From contig OZ024748.1 in NCBI GenBank assembly GCA_964016885.1, forward strand, positions 17,856,001 through 17,920,000: a DNA stretch of 64,000 bases, written 5' to 3'. The notes beneath the pieces were generated by a model. That model saw only the letters and a list, made by a program, of their open reading frames with translations. It made no database searches and was not told the DNA's origin. This document shows, one piece after another, positions 1 to 13,787 of this stretch; the first letter of the stretch is position 1, and each line of letters starts with the position of its first letter. Source of the DNA: Eledone cirrhosa (taxonomy: Eukaryota). Made by a program: the position numbers and the translations under genes.

Positions 1-9
1 ATATACATA

Positions 10-43
<34 letters not shown>

Positions 44-56
44 CATATATATGTAC

Positions 57-89
<33 letters not shown>

Positions 90-243
90 CATATATATAT
101 ATACATTTATATACATATATATATATACATATATATATATAAATATATATACATATATATATATATACATATAATAATATACATATATATATATACATAT
201 ATATACATATATATATACACATATATATATATACATATATATA
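1..243. repeat. Degenerate (TA)n/(TACA) microsatellite
   Basis: Pure TA dinucleotide run with interspersed C variants; the YI-rich ORFs are artefacts. Confidence 0.97.
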
Positions 244-814
244 GTGGCTGCCAACTCGTTTTCGAGTACGGCCGCTAGTTTATATCCATGTAGGAGAACC
301 CCTACCGATGCACTGACGGGTGTGACATTTTAGTCCAGCCAGCGACTTGAAAACTCTGGTATAAACACTGCACTTGTGACAATTATTGACACACAGTGCT
401 GGGCCCATGGTACCATGTGACGACAAGTGCAGAGAGATCTCCAGATATAAAGCAATGCCTGTGCCGTGAAGCTTTTATAGTGAGCAAAGGCACTGCACAA
501 AGCCAGTCCCACTCTCTTAACCAAGATGATATTTACCAAAAAGAAGAACAAGTCAACATCATTGGATACCATCAGGGTTGCAGGTGTTATATCAGAGTTT
601 TCCTTCTCCTAGAATTCTGCCTTGACAAAGGCTAAGGGGTCATCTCTCCCGGTGATTTTTGGATGGCCATTGACTCTTAAGAGCTCCTTTGCCCTTTGCC
701 AGGTTTTGTTTTTAGTCCTGCAGGATGTCCAAAGTCACCCTCCTCACCAAGAAACCTTGGTGGGGTTGCCAGTTTAGTCACCAACGACCTGACCATGAGA
801 CAGGTTGTACTGGG

Positions 815-820
<6 letters not shown>
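244..820 (-). mobile_element. Non-autonomous RTE-derived retroposon, copy 1 (5'-truncated), in (TA)n
   Basis: Closely similar to 43865-44471. The 3' part encodes a C2H2-like motif (copy 2: [19 protein letters not shown]) resembling RTE-clade ORF C-termini. No RT; flanked by TA runs. Confidence 0.75.
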
Positions 821-869
<49 letters not shown>

Positions 870-924
870 CATATATACATATACATATATATATATATAT
901 ATACATATATATACATATATATAC

Positions 925-985
<61 letters not shown>

Positions 986-994
986 CATATATAC

Positions 995-1035
<41 letters not shown>

Positions 1036-1060
1036 CATATATATATACATATATATATAT

Positions 1061-1402
1061 ATCATCATCATCATCATCATTTTACGTCCACTTTTCCCTG
1101 CTTGCAAGGGTTGGACGGGAACTGATTCTGGCTTGATTTCTACAGCTGGATGCCCTTCCTAACACCAACCTCATTTACAGTGAGTGCTGGGTGCTTTTTT
1201 GCTGTGGCACCTCCACGACCACTTTGCAGTGGAATGATATGGACCCCAGTCCTATCATCTCATTTCTACAGCTGAGTAAACTGGAGCAATGTGAAATAAA
1301 GTGTCTTGCTCAAGGAAACAACACATCACCCGGTCTGAGAATTGAACTCACAACCTTTCGATTGCAAAGCCAATGCTCTAACCACTAAGCCATGTGCCTC
1401 CA
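1061..1402 (-). mobile_element. tRNA-derived SINE family B (CORE-like body, (GAT)n tail), full length
   Basis: Minus strand has an A box TGGCTTAGTGG, a B box GTTCAATTC, a CORE-like CCTTGAGCAAGACACTTT segment and a 3' GGACGTAAAATGATGATG tail; several copies in the window. Confidence 0.9.
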
Positions 1403-1445
1403 ATATATATACATATATATATATATATATACATATATACATATA

Positions 1446-1493
<48 letters not shown>

Positions 1494-1494
<1 letters not shown>

Positions 1495-1803
1495 CATTTC
1501 ATTTTACGTCCACTTTTCCCTGCTTGCAAGGGTGGGACGGGAACTGATTCTGGCTTGATTTCTACAGCAGGATGCCCTTCCTAACACCAACCTCATTTAC
1601 AGTGAGTGGTGGGTGCTATTTTGCCGTGGCACCTCTACGACCACTTTGCAGTGGAATGATAGGGACCCCAGTCCCTATCATCTCATTTCTACAGCTGAGT
1701 AAACTGGAGCAATGTGAAATAAAGTGCCTTGCTCAAGGAAACAACACATCACCCGGTCTGAGAATTGAACTTACAACCTTTCGATTGCAAGGCCAATGCT
1801 CTA
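1494..1803 (-). mobile_element. SINE family B, 5'-truncated
   Basis: Near-identical to 1061-1402. Confidence 0.88.
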
Positions 1804-2030
1804 TACATATATATATATACATATATATATATATTTGGGGAGGGTCATATTTGTGTAATATTGCCAGAATTAATAACAGAACACACTCACTGTTTGGTTG
1901 GTTTTCGCTTTTCGCTTCTGTGTCTTTTATATCGGTAATCTAATTTATTCGGTCCTCAATGTTGCCATTGACTGACCAATGGTCAAAAATAATACAGATA
2001 CAATATAGACACAAACACATATATATAGTT

Positions 2031-2074
2031 TATCAAAGTTCTTTCGTTGCACATCTGCAACATCGTCAGTGGTG
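2031..2074 (-). ncRNA. Minimal type I hammerhead ribozyme (family P1)
   Basis: Minus strand: cca CTGACGA t GTTGCA gatg TGCAAC GAAA GAAC TT tga. Confidence 0.75.
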
Positions 2075-2334
2075 CTATTGTTTCCTCCCGTTACATTGTA
2101 TGTCTACGCCATCTTTATTTAGTCTGTTTATATATTTATTTATTTATTTGTTTGTTTGTTTATTTTATTTTGTCTTGTCTTCTTTGCGCATGCGTTTGCG
2201 TGTGTGTATAGTGTTTTGTTTGATGTGTGTTCGTGATTGGGTGACTGTGTATCGGTTAATGTATTCTATCTTTACTACTGTGTGTTTATATGTGTTTGTT
2301 GTTATTGTGCTTGTGTATGTATTTATCTATTTAT

Positions 2335-2613
2335 TTATACTTCTCTTAGGTCAGTGTTGTTTGTTTGGGTGGTGTTGTTATTCCATTCATTCTTTCTGTT
2401 TAGTCTTGGCCTTCTAAGTTCTATTTCACTGGCCTCTCTGATTTGCCTATCTGCTGGGTCATTTCTATGTTTAGATATTATTCTAATTTCTATGTTGTCT
2501 ATGTTACCGTTGTGTTGTTGTCTGGCATGTTCGTATAGCACTGACCCGTTTTTTTGTCCTTTTAGTTCCCCCCAGTGTTGGTCTATCCTTTCACCTATGC
2601 TACGAGCTGTCTC
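2335..2613 (-). pseudogene. Truncated PLE GIY-YIG endonuclease C-terminus
   Basis: Translates ETARSIGERIDQHWGELKGQKNGSVLYEHARQQHNGNIDNIEIRIISKHRNDPADRQIREASEIELRRPRLNRKNEW, matching the (G)ET.R...R..H / H....H / RQI.EA..I....LN pattern of PLE endonucleases. Confidence 0.85.
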
Positions 2614-2662
2614 CTGGGCTCACGCCTGCGGCTTCTGTGCACGCCGCGGCGCCCTCCTACTC
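2614..2662 (-). rRNA. Short 28S rRNA-like fragment (not a gene) fused to the PLE 5' junction
   Basis: Minus strand GAGTAGGAGGGCGCCGCGGCGTGCACAGAAGCCGCAGGCGTGAGCCCAG resembles, from memory, the conserved LSU segment GAGTAGGAGGGC...GAAGCC...GGCG.G.GCCC.GG. It is a GC-rich island in AT-rich DNA. Confidence 0.7.
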
Positions 2663-2675
2663 AACCAGTTATATA

Positions 2676-2988
2676 TATATTAATAAAAGGAATGCCAACT
2701 TTGTCTGATTTGCTCGTTTTATTTGCGATCCTTTAATATTATAATGGTATTAGAATGAAATAGTATGGTAGAATATCAAATGTTAAGTGTTAATTGAACA
2801 AGTACTTTCATGCTTTCGCAATCTTCAGGTTCCTATTCTGTGGTAGAATATTGCGAAAGCACTTGTTCAATTAACACTTAACATTTGATATTCTACCATA
2901 CTATTTCATTCTAATACCATTATAATATTAAAGGATCGCAAATAAAACGAGCAAATCAGACAAAGTTGGCATTCCTTTTATTAATATA
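2676..2988. mobile_element. Fold-back PLE-type fragment with about 128-bp inverted arms
   Basis: 2676-2803 is the reverse complement of 2861-2988. It contains the HHR at 2796-2832 and is flanked by TA runs. Confidence 0.85.
2796..2832 (-). ncRNA. Minimal type I hammerhead ribozyme
   Basis: gaac CTGAAGA t TGC gaaa GCA t GAAA GTAC TT gttc; stems I and II pair and stem III is palindromic. Confidence 0.75.
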
Positions 2989-3030
2989 ATCTTCTATACA
3001 CAATCATACACACCCGTGTACATTTATTTA

Positions 3031-3065
<35 letters not shown>

Positions 3066-3069
3066 CTGC

Positions 3070-3111
<42 letters not shown>

Positions 3112-3146
3112 CCCTACCTCTCATATATTTATATATATATCGCTGG

Positions 3147-3230
<84 letters not shown>

Positions 3231-3261
3231 ACCTCTCATATATTTATATATATATCGCTGC

Positions 3262-3292
<31 letters not shown>

Positions 3293-3552
3293 ATTTATGA
3301 TGTCTGAATTTTTATAATTCTCTCGGGAGGACTGAGAGCTATTGAATTAAATATTAATAAATCTAAATATATGACCAGTTTTTTTCATGTGTTTATTTGT
3401 AGTTTCTTTTAGGTTTTCTTGTGTAAGGTTCACTTTTAATATCTTTGTATTGTCACAAATAAAGTTCATATACAATATTTAAATGAGATATGATTAAATT
3501 GTAATTTCAAAAAATGTTCTCGAAAAGTTAAATATGAAAAATGTTGAAGTAG

Positions 3553-3591
<39 letters not shown>

Positions 3592-3837
3592 TAATGATAA
3601 TAATGATGATGAGGATGATAATTAACATATATATATGAAATTAAGATATATGTATATGTATTTTATATTATGAAAGCAAACCACAAAAATATACAGAATA
3701 AGTACACACACACACATATATGTATATATATATATTTATATATATACATATATATATACATATACATATATATATATAGTACCACCCTTGCAAGCAGGGA
3801 AAAGTGGACGTAAAATGATGATTATGATGATATATAC

Positions 3838-3918
<81 letters not shown>

Positions 3919-4888
3919 TATAAAGAAGAAAGGCCTCTGTTGGTTTCAATGATAAGTATCACAGTTATTTATTCAACAGAAGTGCCTACTTATTCAATTA
4001 TAATGTATATATAAAATATATTTTTTGAATAATTATATATATGTAAATATATACACATACAAATACTGACACTCAAATATTTGTATGTATATATATACAT
4101 ATATATAAGCATGTATATCCATACACAAACGTGAATCAAAGCAATTAAATGTCTGCACGTATGTTATGTATGCATGGTATAAATATAAATATATATATAT
4201 ATATATATATTTAATTATTTATTTATATATATATATATTTATATATATATATATATAATATACCAAAGCGATTCATTCAGAAATACCAATATATAGAATA
4301 AGGTGTGTGTGTTGTGTATATATATATAATAAGGTGTGTGTATATATATATAAATATATATATATATCGTTTCTGAATTTGTTTATTGGCAACATGACCC
4401 TCCCAAATATATATATATATATATATATATATACATGGATATATATATATACATATATATGTTAATATTCTATGGCCTCACCTATTTTGGAATCACGTGC
4501 TAACTAGAATAGTGAAAATAAAGATGTACGTATTTTGACAACATTTTTAAATTAGACTATTTCAATACATTTGACTTTAAATCATATTAGTTGTTATTAT
4601 TTCTATAAAATTTGTTTAAATACACAAATATATGTGCGTGTGGGTGTATATATGTATACACACACACTTCATTATTATCACCATTTAATATCTATTTTCC
4701 ATGCTTGTATATAAATATACATATATGTGTGTGTATATGTGAGTGTATGTATGTGTGTGTATGTGTATATATATATATATATATATATAATTGTTTACTT
4801 TACTATTGCTTTATTCAATATATTATATGATTTCTTTCATAGACTGAACCTTCACACTTGTATACATGTATATAACTATATATATATA

Positions 4889-4920
4889 CTAGCAAAGTAG
4901 CCTGTTGTTGCTGGGCAATT
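4889..4920 (-). mobile_element. Probable Helitron 3' terminus
   Basis: Minus strand GCCCAGCAACAACAGGC, a degenerate hairpin, followed by TACTTTG-CTAG|T in an AT context. Confidence 0.45.
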
Positions 4921-5255
4921 TTCAACAAGGATTGCTTTCCTTTCAGATTTTTTTTTTTTATTCCATGTCACACCATGTCTCTGTTGTGACTCATCCCCTG
5001 TTACTTATTCACCATCCCTGGAATCATCAATTGTCCCCCAATATGGTTTCTATGGAAATTTACTCAATAGAGCTGGAAGTTGAAGTGGTATCAGTGGTTT
5101 GTTGTGTACTTAAGTGTGAGCATCTTCACGTAAACGTTGGGTCATTATTGTGAGGACAACTCTCTGCCTCATTCCTGATGGTTTCTCCCGAATGAAACAG
5201 TTCTAGACCTGTAGAAGCCATTTCTCTCTCTCTCTCTATACATATATATATATAC

Positions 5256-5288
<33 letters not shown>

Positions 5289-6007
5289 CACATATATATA
5301 TACATATACACATATATATATATACATATACATATAAATATATATACATATACACATATATATATATACATATACACATATACACATATATATATATACA
5401 TATACACATATACACATATATATATACATATACACATATATATATATATACACATATATATATATATATCATAAATCATGTCTTTAGAATCATCAGATAA
5501 AATATATACTATTTCTTCTTCCAATTAGCATAATTAACCATACAAAAAATCAATTAGATCAAGCTATAAGAAGAAAGGCTCTTATGGAGAAATCTCCGAC
5601 AAATAACCGAACGTAGCCTCTTCGCGGTGGCCCCGATTGAGTATTTATCCAACATTTCGACAGCATGTGGAAACTGACTAAATATATCGTCAACCATACA
5701 CAATTAGGTGTAAAATTAAACTTAGAAGAAATGCGTACATACCATAATTATATCTCTACCATGGTTTCTTCCTTATTTTTAGACATCCAAATAATAGGAA
5801 TGTCCTGAGTTAGGATTCATCAGGAGACAAACTCAAAATCAGACATCTAGTTTTTCAATCCGATCCCGCCAAAAATAGATTAAAAAATGGCTAAGAATCG
5901 CTATGTGGCTGTGGTCAAGCCAGAAAGAATGTGATTGGTTGCTTATGGCGGGTAGGCTTGCTGCTAGAAAGCGCAGCCAAATATCGCCAAATTTAATCTC
6001 AACCTAT

Positions 6008-6292
6008 CGAAAGGTTGTGAGTTCAATTCTCAGACCAGGTGATGTGTTGTTTCCTTGAGCAAGACACTTTATTTCACATTGCTCCAGTTTACTCAGCTGT
6101 AGAAATGAGATGATAGGGACTGCAAAGTGGTCGTGGAGGTGCCACAGCAAAAAAGCACCCAGCACTCACTGTAAATGAGGTTGGTGTTAGGAAGGGCATC
6201 CAGCTGTAGAAATCAAGCCAGAATCAGTTGCCGTCCCACCCTTGCAAGCAGGGAAAAAGCAGACGTAAAATGAAATGATGATGAAATGATGA
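6008..6292 (+). mobile_element. SINE family B, 5'-truncated
   Basis: Reverse complement of 1061-1402 with a small internal deletion. Confidence 0.88.
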
Positions 6293-6544
6293 TATATGAA
6301 ACGTAGGATATATATATATGCAATTTTACTGATATATGCATACATATATACATACATGCATACAAACACACATACATACATACATAAATATATACATACC
6401 TATGCACATACATAAATATATACATACATGTGGTATATTTCCTGTTGTTTGTACCTGCCAATAACAGTAAATTCTAGAATGAAATTTCACATTATTCCAA
6501 TTTAATTATAAATGAGCACCAATAGCTGTTATTTTCAATATAAC

Positions 6545-7516
6545 ATGGTATATATGTCATAACTGTGGCCATGCTGGGGCAACATGTAATTACTGGCTTC
6601 AGTCATATGACTGTGGCCATGCTGGGGCAACATGTAATTACTGGCTTCAGTCATATGACTGTGGCCATGATGGGGCAACATGTATTTACTGGCTTCAGTC
6701 ATTTGACTGTGGCCCTGCTGGGGCAACATGTAATTACTGGCTTCAGTCATATGACTGTGGCCATGATGGGGCAACATGTAATTACTGGCTTCAGTCATTT
6801 GACTGTGGCCATGCTGGGGCAACATGTAATTACTGGCTTCAGTCATTTGACTGTGGCCATGATGAGGCAACATGTAATTACTGGCTTCAGTCATTTGACT
6901 GTGGCCATGATGGGGCAACATGTAATTACTGGCTTCAGTCATTTGACTGTGGCCATGATGAGGCAACATGTAATTACTGGCTTCAGTCATTTGACTGTGG
7001 CCATGATGGGGCAACATGTACAACATGTAATTACTGGCTTCAGTCATTTGACTGTGGCCATGATGGGGCAACATGTAATTACTGGCTTCAGTCATTTGAC
7101 TGTGGCCATGATGGGGCAACATGTAATTACTGGCTTCAGTCATTTGACTATGGCCATGATGGGGCAACATGTAATTACTGGCTTCAGTCATATGACTGTG
7201 GCCATGATGGGGCAACATGTAATTACAGGCTTCAGTAATTCGGCTGTGGCTTTGCTGAGGCAACATGTAATTACTGGCTTCAGTCATATGACTGTGGCCA
7301 TGATGGAGCAACATGTAATTACTGGCTTCAGTCATTTGACTGTGGCCATGATGGGGCAACATGTAATTACTGGCTTCAGTCATTTGACTATGGCCATGCT
7401 GGGGCAACATGTAATTACTGGTTTCAGTCAATCGGCTGTGGCCCTGCTGAGGCAACATGTAATTACTGGTTTCAGTCATTTGACTGTGGCCATGCTGGGG
7501 CAACATGTAATTACTA
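6545..7516. repeat. 48-bp minisatellite, about 20 copies
   Basis: Unit TGACTGTGGCCATGATGGGGCAACATGTAATTACTGGCTTCAGTCATT; gives 16-aa periodic ORFs on both strands. Confidence 0.97.
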
Positions 7517-7628
7517 GTGAAAGTTATTACCTATTTAATAAATACTGTCATAATCAACATGTTTCTAAAATTGTTGTTGGCATTAAATGTTAGAAACCAA
7601 TATTTTGGGTTATTATTATTATTATTAT

Positions 7629-8238
7629 TGGCAGTGGTTTGGCAGTATCGGTAGAGCGTCAGATGCCATGCTTTTCAGCATATGAGTTATAGACCCTTCA
7701 CGTTCTGAGTTCAAATCCTGCAGAGGTTAACTTTGCCTTTCATCATTACGGGGTGATAAAATAAAGCACCAGTAATGCACTGGGGTAATTGCTGGCCTTG
7801 TGCCAAAAGTAGAAACATTATTATTATTATTATTATTATTATTGTAGTTGTTGTTGTTGTTGATAACATGCTTTGTGGCATATAGTTACAGTCCTTTACG
7901 GTTTGAGTTTAAATTCCACCAAGGTTTTCTTTGCTGTTCATTTTTACGAGATCGATAAACTAAAGTACCAGTTATGCACTGGTGTTGATTTAATCAACTT
8001 CCCATCTCCCAAAATTGTTGGCCTTGTACCTAAATCAGAAACCATTATTTTTATTGTTAACATGCTTTGTGGTATATAGTTACAGTCCTTTATGTTCTGA
8101 GTTCAAATCCTGCCGAGGTTAGCTTTGCCTTTCATCCTTACGGGGTCAATAAAATAAAGCACCAGTAAAGCACTGTTGTAGATTTAATCGACTTTCCCCT
8201 TCCCTTCAAATTTGTTGGCCTTGTGTCTAAATCAGAAA
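7629..8238 (+). mobile_element. Three copies of tRNA-derived SINE family A (MetaSINE-like)
   Basis: B box GTTCAAATCC plus GCCTTTCATCCTTACGGGGTCGATAAAATAAAGTACCAG core and a GGCCTTGTGCC...AGAAAC(ATT)n tail. Confidence 0.85.
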
Positions 8239-9260
8239 ATGCAGAAGTTAAAGCTATGTTCATAGTCCATTATAATATCTAAAAACAAAATATGAGAACA
8301 TTTGTGAGGATCATGCAGAGTAACCAGGCATGTAATATCAAGTCAGTTGTATGTGACACATGGGTTATTATATTGGTATGGCTGAAGGTAATTTTAAGTA
8401 GATTCCACAACTATGATTCATCCTAAAAACATGCTGACATTAGTGAACCCTGTATGGGTATTAAAAGATAAAAAGGAAGTCTATAAAATCAAGTTAAGAG
8501 GGCCTGAGAAACTTAACATCAGTATAAATGAATCCAGTTAATGTAGTCTTTGCATCACAGAAAGATCCTAATCATCTAATGATTGAAAAGCTCCAATGAC
8601 AGTTCTGCAGTGAGTTCCCTTAAGAAATACATAGAGCCTGTGATTGGTCAATTGAAAACATGTAACGAACGATGTTATTTTTTTTTCACCAATTGCAATA
8701 TAGAAATAAATAAAGTAAAAATAACATAAATTGTCCTCCATATTTGCGTTATGGTTATGAAGAAAAAAATCCAACAATCATGATAAAGTCTGAAGTGAAA
8801 TGAACGTTAAAAAAACCTCATAAAATATATTAACTGATATTCACAAATATAACACAGTTTAAAATGTCCTCATCTTTATTTTTTTTCATAGGTTTATATA
8901 TTCCTGATTTTTGATTTTTTTTTTTTTTTCTATTTCTTCAACTTCTTTCTTCTTCACACTAATTCAATCTTCGAATTCACCTCCATTTCCATTTTTTCTT
9001 CCTTCTTTCAGTGATCTAAATATTGTTGTTTTTTTATATATATCTTCTTCGGTGTTCTTCGTTCAACCGTCTTTTTCTTCATTTGTTAATCATCATTTCC
9101 ATCGCCATTTTTTCTCCAGTCTTCTTCACAATTTTATATTCACACACCCTCATTGTGGATGAGTTTTTTTTTCCCGCAATCTTCTTTTCATTTCATAATC
9201 TTCCCAACACTTCTGCCTTTTCAGCTGCATCTTTTGTTGTTGTTGTTAATATTGTTATTA

Positions 9261-9321
<61 letters not shown>

Positions 9322-9322
<1 letters not shown>

Positions 9323-9503
9323 GGATTAGCAGTATTGGTAGAGCGTCAGACACCATGCTTTGCAGCATAGAATTACAGCCATTTACGTTCTAAGTTCAAA
9401 TCCCGCCAAGGTTAACTTTGCCTTTCATCCTTACGGGGTCAATAAAATAAAGTACCATAATATACTAGATAATTGCTGGCCTTGTGCCAAAAGTAGAAAC
9501 AAT
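9322..9503 (+). mobile_element. SINE family A
   Basis: Same consensus as 45932-46118; sits after an (ATT)n run. Confidence 0.88.
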
Positions 9504-9559
9504 TATATCATCTCTACCTCCATCTTAGGCCCCTGGACCTAAGTGGAAACATTACTAGT

Positions 9560-10153
9560 ATTATTATTTCGTTTCTGAATTTGTTTAGCAAGATTCTTTA
9601 TCTGAAATCGTGTGTTGAAACCGATATTGTTATACTTTGGGAGGGTCATGTTGCCAATAAGACAAATCACAGAGGCAATAAACATAAAAGAATTACAACC
9701 AAAATTAAATAGAAAATATGAGTGGAACAGCAACATCACAACTTACAATTAAGGACAAAATGAAAACACACACACACATAGAACAAACAACTAACCAGTA
9801 ACATGTAAATAAACAAATAAATAAATGAACATAAACACACACAGACACCCGGATGTGGCGCATGCGCAGACTGAGCACACAACACACACACAGAAACAAA
9901 ATGGCATAGGACAGAACAAAGGAGAGGCACAAAAACAAAGAAAGGAATCCCCAATCACTGAAGAGGTCACAGAGTGTGTGACGAAAGAACTATGACAATA
10001 TATAAACAACTATCTGGTTGTGGAACCAACCAAGCAACCAGAAATTTATAAATTTATAAATTTATTATAAATTTATTATAATAAATTGAAGTGAAAGCAA
10101 CTGGTGCGTGTGTTTCTTATTGGCAACATGACCCTCCCAAAGTATAACAATAT
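9560..10153. mobile_element. PLE pseudo-LTR fragment (family P1-related) with a 39-bp perfect inverted repeat and a one-sided tail
   Basis: 9624-9662 is the reverse complement of 10115-10153. The left copy carries an extra ~60-nt tail also seen at 15773-15820. HHR at 9955-9995. Confidence 0.75.
9955..9995 (+). ncRNA. Minimal type I hammerhead ribozyme
   Basis: tca CTGAAGA g GTCACA gagtg TGTGAC GAAA GAAC TA tga. Confidence 0.78.
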
Positions 10154-10394
10154 TATTATTATGTTGTTGTTATATTGGTTTAATATTTTCTAAAGTAAGT
10201 TATGAATAAATTCTAAAAGTTGAGCTGCTGTCTTCAACTTATTGTCTGCTGCTCTACAACACATTTGCAACATCTTCAAAATATTTATTCACTTTTCTAT
10301 AAAATGCGATTAATATGTTTTTATGCGACCAACCTGATGCAATCAACCATTGAATACAAGACAGCCATACATGCACAATATCTGTGTGTGTGCT

Positions 10395-11400
10395 TGTTTA
10401 TATAAATATATATGTGTGTATTCATGTATGTATATGTGTATATGTATATATATATGTTTCTGTATATATATATATGTGTATATGTATATATATATATGTT
10501 TCTGTATATATATATATCTAAATATGTATATGTATGTATATATGTATATATATGTTTATATATATGTATATGTTTTGTATATGTGTGTGTATATATATAT
10601 ATATGTGTGTATATATATATATGTATATGTATGTATATGTATGTATATATGTGTGTGCATATATATGTATATGTTTTGTATATGTATATATATGTATATA
10701 TATATATATGAGTGTATATATATATATGTATATGTATGTATATGTATATATATGTATATATGTGTGTGCATATATATGTATATGTGTATATATATATATG
10801 AATATATATATATATATATATATATATTTGTATATATGTATATATATATATATATATATATGTGTATATATATATGTATATATTTATATGTATATATATA
10901 TATGGCAAGTAAGTATGTTTTGAAACAGTGAGCGAGTTTGAAATTAGAAACATGTACGTCAATACTCATCTTTTTCCATTTATCTGAGGGTTCTAAACCC
11001 CGTTATCAAGCTAAAATTCCTTTAGTCAGTATATATATATGTATATATGTATATATATATATATATGTATATATATGTATATATATATATATGTATATAT
11101 ATCTATATATATATATGTATATATATGTATATATATATATATATATATATGTAAATATATGTATATATATATATATATGTATATATATGTATATATATAT
11201 ATGTATATATATATATGTATATATATATATATACACATATATATACATATATGTATATATATGTATATATATATATGTATATATATGTATATATATATGT
11301 ATATATATATATATATATATATACATATATATACATATATATATACATATATATATATACATATATATACATATATATATATTTATATACATATATATAC

Positions 11401-11440
<40 letters not shown>

Positions 11441-11477
11441 ATATACATATATATATATGTATATATATATATTTATA

Positions 11478-11573
<96 letters not shown>

Positions 11574-11598
11574 TATACGTATATATACGTATATATAC

Positions 11599-11654
<56 letters not shown>

Positions 11655-11691
11655 ATATATATGTATATATATATATGTATATATATATATG

Positions 11692-11770
<79 letters not shown>

Positions 11771-11785
11771 GTATATATATATATG

Positions 11786-11816
<31 letters not shown>

Positions 11817-11849
11817 GTATTTATATATATGTATATATATATGTATATG

Positions 11850-11898
<49 letters not shown>

Positions 11899-11905
11899 GT
11901 ATATG

Positions 11906-11950
<45 letters not shown>

Positions 11951-12023
11951 GTATATATATATAAATATATGTGTATATATATATATATATATGTGTATAT
12001 ATATATATATGTGTCTATATATA

Positions 12024-12066
<43 letters not shown>

Positions 12067-12125
12067 ATATATATATATATGTATATATATGTATATATAT
12101 ATATGTATATATATATATATGTGTG

Positions 12126-12157
<32 letters not shown>

Positions 12158-12173
12158 TGTGTATATATATATG

Positions 12174-12226
<53 letters not shown>

Positions 12227-12249
12227 GTATATATATATGTATATATATG

Positions 12250-12296
<47 letters not shown>

Positions 12297-12397
12297 GTAT
12301 ACATATATATATATGTATATATATATGTATATATATATATATACATATATATATATGTATATATATATATATGTATACATATATATATATGTATATA

Positions 12398-12445
<48 letters not shown>

Positions 12446-12519
12446 TATATATATACATACATATATATATATAAATATATGTATATATATATATGTGTAT
12501 ATTTAGATATATATATGTA

Positions 12520-12589
<70 letters not shown>

Positions 12590-12600
12590 TATATGCATGT
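10395..12600. repeat. Very long degenerate (TA)n/(TATG) microsatellite, two blocks
   Basis: Blocks at 10395-10903 and 11030-12600, mostly G-variant on the plus strand. Confidence 0.97.
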
Positions 12601-13130
12601 ATGTGTATATGTGCATCAATATTTATGTTTATGTCAGTGTGTGTACGTGTGTGCATGCATGCATGCATGTGTGTGCCTGTCTTTAAAAAGTTTTAGAAAT
12701 TTAATGTTGTTGAAATGAAATATCCTAAGATATGAGCAGAGACTAATATTACGAATGTAATCAGATAAAAAGTAGAAACAACAACAACAACAACAACAAC
12801 TAATAATAACAATAATAACAATAATAATAATAATTATAATAATAGTAATAATAACAATAATAACAATAATAACAATAAATAACATTTTAAATGGTGGTGC
12901 ATAGGAAACTAAACAGCAAAGTTACTATTTTGACTATCCTTCTTTATTGTATGAGGTGTACATTCTTAGTGGAGAAAATAAAGTGGCTTATGTGTGTATA
13001 TATATATATATATATATGTTGATGATGATGATAATAGGTAGATAGATAGATATGTAGATAGATATTTTAGATAAAAAGTAAAAGTGCTGAAGCACAGTGG
13101 TATATTTAAAGATTATTTTTTTCTTTAATC

Positions 13131-13172
<42 letters not shown>

Positions 13173-13300
13173 CATGTAGGTATTATATATACTCACATAA
13201 CTCTATGCACACACACACATATATATATATACATATACATACATGTAAGTATTATATATACTCACATACTTATACACACACATAAATATATATAATACAA

Positions 13301-13302
<2 letters not shown>

Positions 13303-13377
<75 letters not shown>

Positions 13378-13460
13378 CATATATATATACATATATATAT
13401 ATATACATATATATATACATATATATATATACATATATATATATATACATATATATATAC

Positions 13461-13493
<33 letters not shown>

Positions 13494-13530
13494 CATATAT
13501 ATATACACATATATACATATATATATATAC

Positions 13531-13577
<47 letters not shown>

Positions 13578-13754
13578 CATATATATATATAGATACATAT
13601 ATATATACATATATATATATATACATATATATATACATATATATATATATATACATATATATACGTATATATATATACATATATATATACATATATATAT
13701 ATACATATATATATATACATATATATACATATATATATACATATATATATATAG

Positions 13755-13787
<33 letters not shown>

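Larger units (their letters stand above)
1835..2613 (-). mobile_element. Penelope-like element 3' fragment: GIY-YIG C-half plus pseudo-LTR (family P1)
   Basis: Endonuclease remnant at 2335-2613 and HHR at 2031-2074. The pLTR sequence is shared with 9560-10153, 15541-15820 and 54490-54745. Confidence 0.85.

Noticed and set aside
396-635. 79-aa ORF conserved in two copies (also 44017-44256)
   Set aside because: It lies antisense within a young repeat, so the conservation reflects copy identity, not coding constraint.
1330-1402. tRNA gene
   Set aside because: The A and B boxes are the head of a multi-copy SINE, with no complete cloverleaf or terminator.
6545-7516. CRISPR-like array
   Set aside because: Contiguous 48-bp units without unique spacers, in a eukaryotic context.
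9624-10153. DNA transposon with 39-bp TIRs
   Set aside because: The asymmetric tail, internal hammerhead and homology to the GIY-YIG-linked pLTR indicate a PLE inversion; no TSD.
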